Both the position numbers and the translations under genes were made by a program. From assembly GCA_041600695.1 (NCBI GenBank), contig JBFIJP010000002.1:1-40650 (forward strand): a stretch of DNA of 40,650 nucleotides. The letters are read 5' to 3'. A model generated the notes under the pieces. That model was not told the DNA's origin, made no database searches, and saw nothing but the letters and a program-made list of their open reading frames with translations. Shown in pieces: positions 1 through 7,446 of this stretch. The DNA comes from Thermoplasmatota archaeon (GTDB taxonomy: Archaea; Thermoplasmatota; E2; JACPAO01; JAHFTW01). Numbering within the stretch: the first letter of the stretch is position 1; every line of letters begins with the position of its first letter.

Positions 1-106
1 AGAGACCAGCGGATTGGCCGGGCACGCGAAGCGGGGCCGGCTGCACGGCGGTGCAAAGCACCGACGGGCTCGAATCCGCCGCACTACCTAGCTATGCGAA
101 GCTGGC
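1..106 (-). tRNA. tRNA-Ser(CGA)-like gene, 5' part with putative 54-nt intron; 3' part would lie beyond the window edge
   Basis: Minus strand: GCCAGCT-TC-GCAT-AGCTAGGTA-GTGC-G-GCGGA-TTCGAG[54 nt]A-TCCGC-TGGTCTCT. The D arm has A14, G18G19 and A21. The anticodon stem GCGGA/TCCGC (5/5) forms only if 54 nt are removed. The loop is UUCGAGA, giving anticodon CGA. A long variable arm starts (TGGTC TCT ...). The BHB splice motif could not be confirmed by eye. Confidence 0.4.
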
Positions 107-113
107 AAACAGG
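1..113. repeat. Direct repeat copy 1 (113 bp, identical to 227-339; may continue left of the window)
   Basis: AGAGACCAGCGGATTGGCCGGGCACGCG...GCTGGCAAACAGG read at 1-113 and again at 227-339 with no mismatch seen; period 226 bp. Confidence 0.95.
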
Positions 114-195
114 GGGCGAGTGAGGGGTGCGCCAGTGCAGGATGGGCTGGAGCGGCCGAGCCACGCGAGGTCGCTTCAGCCTGGATGGCGCCGCG

Positions 196-332
196 ACAGC
201 GGCGCCGGACTTGAACCTACGTGGTCAGAGACCAGCGGATTGGCCGGGCACGCGAAGCGGGGCCGGCTGCACGGCGGTGCAAAGCACCGACGGGCTCGAA
301 TCCGCCGCACTACCTAGCTATGCGAAGCTGGC
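196..332 (-). other. Second tRNA-Ser-like copy joined to a degenerate T-arm; acceptor halves do not pair (probable pseudo-tRNA or att-type duplication)
   Basis: Same 5' exon/intron as copy 1. It continues GACCAC-GTAGG-TTCAAGT-CCGGC (T-loop-like, one A/G mismatch), then GCCGCTG, which is not complementary to the 5' acceptor GCCAGCT. An 8-bp hairpin GGCGCCGC-TGTC-GCGGCGCC lies at about 188-207. Confidence 0.3.
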
Positions 333-339
333 AAACAGG
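227..339. repeat. Direct repeat copy 2 (113 bp)
   Basis: Identical to 1-113; flanks diverge after position 339 compared with 114 onward. Confidence 0.95.
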
Positions 340-480
340 CAGGCCCCGCCAAGGCGACGCCTGCCAGATGGCACGGGTAGCCCCGTGCGCGGGCCCCGCG
401 ACTCGCAGGTGGTATTTGCTGGTTTCGCGCCGCGTCTGCCCGGGGAAGACGCCAAGAACCGGTGCCGGCTCGGCGACGCC

Positions 481-690
481 GTGCACGTGCACGTGAAGTT
501 CCGACCCCGGCGCCAGGAGGACCGGGAGGTCGAATTGGCCGACGGCGCCGTGGTTGCAGACCTAGTGCGTTCACTGGGCGAGTCCCTGGATGCCACGGTG
601 ACGATCCGGGGCGGCGTTCCGGTGGCAGAAGACGAACCCTTGGCAAACGGCGACGCCGTGACGCTCCTGTCGGCACTCAGTGGAGGCTAA
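481..690 (+). CDS. ThiS/MoaD-family ubiquitin-like small protein (SAMP-like) with C-terminal Gly-Gly
   Basis: C-terminal 70 aa of ORF 127..690: VHVHVKFRPRR..REVELADGAVVADLVRSLGE...GDAVTLLSALSGG*. This is the typical beta-grasp sulfur-carrier pattern ending in GG. GTG start chosen at 481 (487 also possible). Confidence 0.7.
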   Translation: MHVHVKFRPRRQEDREVELADGAVVADLVRSLGESLDATVTIRGGVPVAEDEPLANGDAVTLLSALSGG

Positions 691-691
691 C

Positions 692-1816
692 ATGGGCGCA
701 AGCGGCATGCGCGCGACAGCGGACGGCACCGCCCACTACGCTGCCAGCCACCCGGCAGCGGCAGGTCACTTCCGGCAATGGCGGGGCCTGACTGTTTCAT
801 CGGTTGGGCTGGGCAGCTATCTTGGTGACGTGTCGACGACGGCGTCGGCTGGCTACGCCGAGGCCACGCGCACCGCGCTACAGGGCGGGTGCAATGTGCT
901 GGACACGGCCAGCAACTACCGAGAACAGGAGTCGGAGCGGGACCTGGGCCTCGGCATCCGGCGGTACCTGGAGGCCGGCGGCGCCAGAGCGGATTTCCTG
1001 GTGGCCACCAAGGCCGGGTTCCTCCACGGCGACGGCGCGGTCCCCATGCAGGAGTACGTCCAGAAGCGATACGTGGACACCGGCCTCGTTGAGATCAGCG
1101 ACCTGGCGGGCGGCATCCACTGCATGACCCCCGCGTACCTTGAGACCGAACTGGAGCGCAGCCTGGAAAACCTGGGCCTCGCCGCCGTCGACGTGTTCTT
1201 TATTCACAACCCCGAAACCCAACTCCAATCCGGCGTTCCCGCCGCCGATTTCTACGCCCGACTCCAGGCAGCCTTCGAATCCCTGGAGCGCCTGGTTGAC
1301 GCCGGCAGGATCGGCTACTACGGCCTGGCCACATGGGATGGCCTGCGCGTACCCCCCGGAACGCCGGGCCACCTGGACCTCGCCGAGTGCCTCAGCCGCG
1401 CCGCAGCCGCCAGAGCCAAGGTGGGCCCCGGCGACCACCACCTGGCAGCCATCCAACTACCAGTCAACGTCGCCATGACCGAAGCCCACCTGCAACCCAC
1501 GCAGCGCGGCCGGCTCGGCCCCCAAACGCTCCTCGAATTAACCCTCCAACACGACCTGCTGGTCCTCGCCAGCGCCAGCCTCGTCCAAACCAACGTGTTC
1601 GGCCGCATCCCGCCAGAATGGAGCCAAGTCCTCGGCACCAGCAACGACGCCGAAACCTGCATCCAATTCACCCGCAGCGTCCAAGGCGTCACCACCGCCC
1701 TCGTCGGCATGGGCAACCCCGAACACGCCCGCACCAACCTCGCCTACGCCACCAAGCACCCCCCCGACCCCAAGACCGTGGGGCTGATGCTGGGGCCGGG
1801 TGGGCCGCACGGCTAA
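692..1816 (+). CDS. Aldo/keto reductase family oxidoreductase
   Basis: GLGSYLG...ALQGGCNVLDTASNYREQESERDLG, FFIHNPE, GRIGYYGLATW are AKR-like motifs. The ATG at 692 follows the ThiS stop; a GTG at 680 is also possible. Confidence 0.8.
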   Translation: MGASGMRATADGTAHYAASHPAAAGHFRQWRGLTVSSVGLGSYLGDVSTTASAGYAEATRTALQGGCNVLDTASNYREQESERDLGLGIRRYLEAGGARADFLVATKAGFLHGDGAVPMQEYVQKRYVDTGLVEISDLAGGIHCMTPAYLETELERSLENLGLAAVDVFFIHNPETQLQSGVPAADFYARLQAAFESLERLVDAGRIGYYGLATWDGLRVPPGTPGHLDLAECLSRAAAARAKVGPGDHHLAAIQLPVNVAMTEAHLQPTQRGRLGPQTLLELTLQHDLLVLASASLVQTNVFGRIPPEWSQVLGTSNDAETCIQFTRSVQGVTTALVGMGNPEHARTNLAYATKHPPDPKTVGLMLGPGGPHG

Positions 1817-1942
1817 GCCGGGACAAGCTACCCGGCCCTGGACCGCTGGCCGAAGGCCAGTGCGAAGGGGCCGGGTGGACCGCACGGATAGTGCGGGCCA
1901 ACGGCCCGTGCGAATGGACCCGGCGGGCCCCACGGCTAACAG
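1796..1942. repeat. Three imperfect ~24-nt direct repeats between the AKR stop and the cassette array
   Basis: CCGGGTGGGCCGCACGGCTAAGCC (1796-1819), CCGGGTGGACCGCACGGATAGTGC (1871-1894), CCGGCGGGCCCCACGGCTAACAGG (1919-1942). Confidence 0.6.
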
Positions 1943-2080
1943 GCAGCGGATTTCGTAGCTCCCACCTATACCGCGGCGGCATAACACCCCAAAAACGGCG
2001 TATTATGCCGACGGCTACAACGACGCCACAGTGGAGGCGACTACCTTGACGGGCGGACTGGAGGCTGCGGAAAACGTAGC

Positions 2081-2120
2081 GCGCCGAACAAGGGAAAACC
2101 CGTGAATAACTAGTTATGTC
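2081..2120 (+). other. Array-proximal recombination junction (short attC-like or attI-like simple site)
   Basis: GCGCCGAAC-AAGGGAAAACCCGTGA-ATAACTAGTTAT-GTC: an R''-like GCCGAAC box, a perfect 12-nt palindrome ATAACTAGTTAT (2106-2117), and GTTATGTCGC (2113-2122), which is the exact complement of the R'' of attC1. Confidence 0.5.
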
Positions 2121-2223
2121 GCCACGCCGCCCGCGCATCCTCTGGAGCAACAGCGGCTCCAAGTCTAGTCTGCCGCGACCGTTATGAGGACCCGGCCCCT
2201 TACAGGCAACACCGAGCCAGACT

Positions 2224-3666
2224 ATGCCCGAAGCTCCGCGACTCTTCATTTCGTATTCCTGGTCCAACAAGCAGCACGAGGATTGGGTGCTGGCCCTTGC
2301 CTCCGAGCTCCGCGAAAACGGAATAGATGTAATCCTCGACAAGTGGGATTTGAAAGAAGGTCACGACGCCTTCGCGTTCATGGAGCAAATGGTGACCGAC
2401 AAGACCGTCGAGAAGGTTGCCATCATTTGCGACAGACGCTATGCTGAGAAAGCCGACGAACGACAGGGCGGAGTTGGAGCCGAGACCCAGATCATTTCCC
2501 CCGAGCTCTACGCCAAGGCCAGTCAGGACAAGTTCGTCGCCATCTTGGCCGAACGAGATGACAACGGCGATCCGTACCTGCCAGCGTACTACAAGTCTCG
2601 AATCTACATTGATCTAAGCGACACAGAGCGCTACGGTCAGAATTTTGATCAACTGCTTCGTTGGGCTTGGAACAAGCCTCTTTATCGCAAGCCCGAGATT
2701 GGAACGGCGCCCACGTTCTTGACGTCGGAGGATGCACCAACCATTCCGACCGCCGGGCGAGCACGGCGAGCAATTGAGACCCTCAGGCAAGGGCGACCAC
2801 AAGCAACCGCTGCGTTTATCGAGTACCTCGAACACTTTGCCCAAGAGTTGGAAGCATTTCGAATGGAGCCCTCCGGCCAGGATCATGGGGATGCTGTCGT
2901 TGCCAATGTCGAAAATTTCACGCCGTTTCGCACGGAACTCTTGGGAGTCATTGCAACTGCGATCCAATACTCGCCAGGTGATGCGACGTGGCAGGCTATC
3001 CACCGCTTCTTTGAGCTTCTCCTTCCCTACAACGACAAGCCTGCCGACGTGAGTTCGTGGAAGGAGTGGGATTTCGACAATTTCCGGTTCATCACCCATG
3101 AGCTGTTCCTGTATGTAATCGCTGAACTCATCCGCCGCCAGCGCTTCGACGGCATCAAGACGCTTCTAGACGGTCACTACTATGTCGGTGCGGAATGGCG
3201 CCGCTTCAACATGGCGCTGGTCCCCTTTCAGGTCATTCGAGAGCCACTAAGGTCTCTTGACGCGCGCAATCAACGGGATGGTAGCCGCCGAGTTTCGCCT
3301 CACGCCGACCTCATAGAAGCGCGGCACAACACATCCGGCTACGAGATGGCTGAGCTGATTCAGGCCGATCTATTGCTATCGTTGCGGACTCTTATCCATG
3401 AACCGCTCAGAACCGGCAACGTTTGGTGGCCGGTTACGATTGTTTACGGCAGCCGGCGGTCTGGTCCATTCGAAATTTTTGCGAGGTGCCAATCAATGGC
3501 CTTCTTTGACAAGGTCAAGGTGGCCCTCGCAATTGAGAATCTGGATGAACTTCAACCGGCAAAGGACGCACTTGAACAGGGAGCCTTAAGCCGGGGCGGT
3601 CTCGCCGAAATCTTCTCCAACCCTGCGGCCATGATTGCCTTGGACAAATGGGGCACGTTGCCTTAG
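2224..3666 (+). CDS. TIR/SEFIR-like domain protein with ~330-aa uncharacterised C-terminal domain (cassette 1)
   Basis: N-terminus LFISYSWSNKQHEDWVLALASELRENGIDVILDKWDLKEGHDAFAFMEQMV...VAIICDRRYAEKADERQGGVGAETQII matches the prokaryotic TIR/SEFIR-type flavodoxin-like fold pattern. Confidence 0.75.
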   Translation: MPEAPRLFISYSWSNKQHEDWVLALASELRENGIDVILDKWDLKEGHDAFAFMEQMVTDKTVEKVAIICDRRYAEKADERQGGVGAETQIISPELYAKASQDKFVAILAERDDNGDPYLPAYYKSRIYIDLSDTERYGQNFDQLLRWAWNKPLYRKPEIGTAPTFLTSEDAPTIPTAGRARRAIETLRQGRPQATAAFIEYLEHFAQELEAFRMEPSGQDHGDAVVANVENFTPFRTELLGVIATAIQYSPGDATWQAIHRFFELLLPYNDKPADVSSWKEWDFDNFRFITHELFLYVIAELIRRQRFDGIKTLLDGHYYVGAEWRRFNMALVPFQVIREPLRSLDARNQRDGSRRVSPHADLIEARHNTSGYEMAELIQADLLLSLRTLIHEPLRTGNVWWPVTIVYGSRRSGPFEIFARCQSMAFFDKVKVALAIENLDELQPAKDALEQGALSRGGLAEIFSNPAAMIALDKWGTLP

Positions 3667-3672
3667 CGGGGC

Positions 3673-3736
3673 GACATAACAAGACGTTCAAGCGGACGCA
3701 CGCTGCGGCGCGCGCCGCTTAACTCCATCGTTCGGC
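3673..3736 (+). other. attC site 1
   Basis: GACATAAC-AAGAC-GTTCAAGCGGACGC-ACGCTGCGGCGC-GCGCCGCTTAAC-TCCATC-GTTCGGC. The arms pair with two extra bases in the 5' arm. From memory it is very similar to the classical aadA-type 59-base element. Confidence 0.85.
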
Positions 3737-3778
3737 GCCTCCCGGGTCTGCCCGGAAATCGCGCAGCAGCCCTCGCGA

Positions 3779-5392
3779 GTGAACCACGGCATAACTGCCA
3801 GCGTCTTGCGCTGGGCCTTTTCTTTGACGCAGCGAATCATTACTATGGGTCAGTCGTATGGAGGGCGCGTGGCGGTTGCGGAAGCCTGGGTGGCGTCGTC
3901 TCAGATCGTGCTCTTGCTTGCGGTGGCGGCCGTATGGATGCGAGGACCCGGGCTGGGCGGTACGAAAGGGTGGGGTGCTGCGCTTCTCGTATTGAACGCC
4001 GTAGCTATCCTCGGCTTTGCGCTAGTTCAGGAGGGGATCGCACCCGCCGAAGGGCTCAGGCACCGCCTCGCAAGTTGGATTGACCGAGTCAGCGATGTGG
4101 CCCTGCTGGCGCTTACACTGGTCATTTGTCGGGTACCTCGCCCCTGGTCAACTGGTGCGATCACCGTAGCGGTAGTCGCCATTGCGTTGGTCACGCCCCA
4201 TCATCTTCTGGCATCACAGTCCGCGCATCCCGCGTGGGTTGCTGTTTTGCGCGAACTCCCCTTGGAAATGGCGATCATCGGGTTGGCGCCGGCCCTAGCG
4301 TGGCGAGTTCGGCAACCCTCCCGGGTTGGCTGGCCGGCCGTACTCATACTGAGCGCATTGGCCCTCAGATACGCAAATGTTGCCAGCCTCTACTGGAGCC
4401 ATAAGTTATGGACCCCGCCACCCCCGGGGACGTGGGAATTATTCGGCGAGGTACCGGCTATGATTGCTTGCGTTTCGCTTGGATCACTCCTGATCTATCT
4501 GGTTGGCCGGCTGTACATTTGCAAGGGCACGGAGCGCGATGAAACGGCCGCCTTGTGCGGGGCCTTGGTCGTCGGCCTACTCTACGGGATCGCGCTGAAA
4601 CTTGGAGTCGGTGAGCTCTCCACAGCCACGTTCACCATGGGTTACATCCGGCCCGCAGCGTTCCTGCTGGCAAATCGCTTCCTCGCCGACGCGAACCAGA
4701 ACGTAGCCATGCCGGCCCCAGAGGCGCTGGTGGGCGCACTACTGGCTTCATTAGCGGCCGTCTGGGGGGCAAGCGCTGGATGGCAGTTACCCACACCTGC
4801 GGCGCTTTTGATCTCGTCCGCCGCCGGAATCGTTTCAGGCGGAGCCATCTGGCTATGGATGATGCCCACGGCACGCGCCGCGGCAGACGTCAAATTCGCG
4901 CCGGACGTCCGCGTCCCCCTGCCCGATGATTGGGATCTACGAGTGCGTGTGGCCATGGATCGGTTTCAGGGCCTCGCGGCGGAAACCCAGGCGCGGGTGC
5001 GCGCTCTGCGTCGTTGGGAACGATTATTGCTTGCGGTAGACGCAGCGAGTAGTTTGCCACCCCGGGCGTTTGAGCGCACCACGCCTGGACTTCATTTGAT
5101 TAGTCAGGCACCTTACGCGCAAATTGGACCAGAATTGAAACGTGCGAACGGGCGGCGCGACCGTATTGTCGCGGATTTGGGCCTCGGAGTTCCAGACGGC
5201 CCCCTATGGAGAACGGAGTCAGGCGGAGCGGACGGACTCGCGAGCAAACGGGCCCTACGGTACGACGTGCTTCCTGCAGGAGCTGCGGTCGCGACCGCCA
5301 TTCGCGAGCGCCTGGGCTTGGAGCGATTGCCCCGTGAGGAAATCGCTCAGGTCGCAGGAGAGTACGTTTGCGGGGCCAAAACACAGGCTTGA
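3779..5392 (+). CDS. Polytopic membrane protein with soluble C-terminal domain, function unknown (cassette 2, gene 1)
   Basis: About 10 hydrophobic segments in the first ~370 aa, then a charged ~160-aa tail. The start could be GTG 3779 or ATG 3845. Confidence 0.6.
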   Translation: MNHGITASVLRWAFSLTQRIITMGQSYGGRVAVAEAWVASSQIVLLLAVAAVWMRGPGLGGTKGWGAALLVLNAVAILGFALVQEGIAPAEGLRHRLASWIDRVSDVALLALTLVICRVPRPWSTGAITVAVVAIALVTPHHLLASQSAHPAWVAVLRELPLEMAIIGLAPALAWRVRQPSRVGWPAVLILSALALRYANVASLYWSHKLWTPPPPGTWELFGEVPAMIACVSLGSLLIYLVGRLYICKGTERDETAALCGALVVGLLYGIALKLGVGELSTATFTMGYIRPAAFLLANRFLADANQNVAMPAPEALVGALLASLAAVWGASAGWQLPTPAALLISSAAGIVSGGAIWLWMMPTARAAADVKFAPDVRVPLPDDWDLRVRVAMDRFQGLAAETQARVRALRRWERLLLAVDAASSLPPRAFERTTPGLHLISQAPYAQIGPELKRANGRRDRIVADLGLGVPDGPLWRTESGGADGLASKRALRYDVLPAGAAVATAIRERLGLERLPREEIAQVAGEYVCGAKTQA

Positions 5393-5467
5393 CACTTACC
5401 TCCGAATCGGAGGTAGGGAAAACTACCAGTCTGCTCGCGCTTTGGTTCTGGCACCTCCCCGGAGGAC

Positions 5468-7060
5468 GTGACCACAATGAAAGCGCAACCCACCGTTCCC
5501 AACACCCCATGGAAGCACCTAGTCGTCGGGCTCATCCTAGCAACAGCAAGCATAGCGCTCGCTCTTCCTGGTTCAGCGGACCCAATCGAGGATTCATGCT
5601 TGGCGGTCTTGGCACCCACGATGTGCCAGGCGGCATCCGACGCGGCGTCAATTTCGTGCGACGACATCCTTACCCCCGAGATGTGCAGCCCCGGTGCCGA
5701 TGTACCCTCGATTCCGACGATCTGGGTTGGCGAAACCGTTTGGTTCGCCGCCGTTTCCGACCGTGAATCGGGCCGCCTGCACGGCCTCCAAGACGCCGGC
5801 GACGGGCCCGCCGAGCAGTGGGTCGTCGAATTGGCGCGCCCAATCGACGGAGTCATGATTCATCCAGACCACCCCGCGGGTGCTGCTGTCCTCTTGGCCA
5901 CCCGCGAACACGGGCAGCCGCATGTAGAAATTCTCGCGCTGGAAACGGGCGAGCCGATTTGTACGGCGACCCTTGACCGCCAACAGGTTGCTCCAAAGGG
6001 CTGGGGTGGCTCCAACCCCCGCTTCGCCGTGGCCGACGTAAACCCGTCCCAGGGGGAAGAGATCCTGGTAGCCACGATGAATTTCAATAGCTGGGGGACG
6101 CAGCTTGGGGTGCCCGCGCTATACTACGCAATTTCCCCCGGCTGCGATACGGTCGCAACGTTGACGAGCACCTTCTCGCCCCGATGGATCGATGTTTTGG
6201 ACGACATTGATTTCGCCGATTACACGGGCGACGGCATCCTTGATGTTATTGCCCTTTACGGAGGTGCCAATTATCCATACGGCCAACCAATTATTGAGGT
6301 GGTTGATTTCGTGGAAGGCCAGACGTCCATCGTCGTTAGCGATAACTTTGGCGGCGGCATGACGAGGCTCGCGACAGGAGATTTTGATGGCAACCCCGGA
6401 GTCGACTTCCTCACGGGAGGCTGGTGGGGTCCCAACGTCGCGGCATACAACCACGACGGAAACCGACTCTGGTCCGGCGCCGTCGACGGCGGATGCGGAG
6501 GCGCCGACCGAACCGTCATGATCGACGAGGTTGAAGATGAACCGATTCTGCTAGTTGGCAGTGGCAGCTATTCAACTTGTAACCGACCCGCTTTGAGCCG
6601 AGTTGACCCGACCACCGGGGCGACGATTTGGAGGGCCCAGACGAATGATGCTGGACGCAATATGGCGGCGCTGGTCGTAGCCGAGCTCGACGCATCCAAC
6701 GGCGGTCGCGAGGTTTTGGCCTACGGCACGTCCGAAGCATCCTGCGCCGGGAATCTTGGCAACTGGGCAATCTACACGCTTAGCCTAGCGTCCGGCGAGA
6801 CACTTCAACGCACGTGCTCGCTTTTCCTGCTTCACGCGCAGGCGACCACCCTACCAGCGACCTCCAGCGGGGCAGAACCCCTCTGGGCCGTCATTGCCGG
6901 AACGGGTGAGAACTGCCCACAGGGCCGGACTTGCCTAGTGAACCTCGATTCTGATCTGAACGCCAGCATCGCGGTCGACTTGGGCGAATTGCGAGGCTAT
7001 ACGATGATGTTGGCAGCCATTGTCGTTGAGGGAGTGGAGGTTCCGGCGTTACTTCCGTAG
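5468..7060 (+). CDS. Secreted FG-GAP/VCBS-like beta-propeller protein (cassette 2, gene 2)
   Basis: N-terminal signal/TM segment (LVVGLILATASIALALPGSA), a Cys-rich linker, and repeats such as DFADYTGDGILDVI and TGDFDGNPGVDFL. The start could be GTG 5468 or ATG 5477. Confidence 0.65.
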   Translation: MTTMKAQPTVPNTPWKHLVVGLILATASIALALPGSADPIEDSCLAVLAPTMCQAASDAASISCDDILTPEMCSPGADVPSIPTIWVGETVWFAAVSDRESGRLHGLQDAGDGPAEQWVVELARPIDGVMIHPDHPAGAAVLLATREHGQPHVEILALETGEPICTATLDRQQVAPKGWGGSNPRFAVADVNPSQGEEILVATMNFNSWGTQLGVPALYYAISPGCDTVATLTSTFSPRWIDVLDDIDFADYTGDGILDVIALYGGANYPYGQPIIEVVDFVEGQTSIVVSDNFGGGMTRLATGDFDGNPGVDFLTGGWWGPNVAAYNHDGNRLWSGAVDGGCGGADRTVMIDEVEDEPILLVGSGSYSTCNRPALSRVDPTTGATIWRAQTNDAGRNMAALVVAELDASNGGREVLAYGTSEASCAGNLGNWAIYTLSLASGETLQRTCSLFLLHAQATTLPATSSGAEPLWAVIAGTGENCPQGRTCLVNLDSDLNASIAVDLGELRGYTMMLAAIVVEGVEVPALLP

Positions 7061-7179
7061 AAGCCCCGCCACGACCATGCGCAATTCGCCTCTTTCTCCT
7101 ATGTACCCACCCCTGGTGCCAACCTCCGCAGAAGGAGGCACAGCGACCCGCCTGGGCCGGTCGACGGACTAAGCGATCA

Positions 7180-7246
7180 GCGCCGAACAAATCGCTCCAG
7201 CCGACTCGGCGCTCCGCGCCGATCGGCTGACCTCGAACCGTTGGGC
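7180..7246 (+). other. attC site 2
   Basis: GCGCCGAAC-AAATC-GCTCCAGCCGACTCGGCGC-TCC-GCGCCGATCGGCTGACC-TCGAACC-GTTGGGC. Confidence 0.85.
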
Positions 7247-7446
7247 GTCAGCCGCGCCTGGAGGAGATGCGATGTCGGCGACAACTGCCGGACTGCGTCC
7301 CTTCCCTCGGGAAACGCCGGCCGATTGCACATTCTCATAGCGCGGGAATCGGACGCCAGGCCTTGGTGGGATGGGGAAAGGCGAAATGGGCAAGAGGCAT
7401 ATAACGTCAAGTGCCGGGCGCTTGGACCGCGAATCCTGAATGGGTG

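Noticed and set aside
1-339. Complete canonical tRNA within the window
   Set aside because: No full cloverleaf could be built for either copy. Copy 1 is cut by the window edge. Copy 2 has a mismatched T stem and non-complementary acceptor strands. It is therefore reported only as tRNA-like.
2180-2186. Second GTTATG, preceded by CGACC like the 3' ends of the other attC sites; a possible alternative start of cassette 1
   Set aside because: Only 6 of 8 nt are complementary to the attC1 R'' box, compared with 10/10 for the site at 2113. The intervening 2081-2186 does not fold as a nested attC, because the candidate pairings are in the wrong order.
1689-2342. 217-aa minus-strand ORF at the position where a divergent integron integrase would be expected
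   Set aside because: No tyrosine-recombinase motifs (R..H..R..Y pattern). It is Arg/Ser/Pro-rich and overlaps both the AKR 3' end and the TIR gene 5' end.
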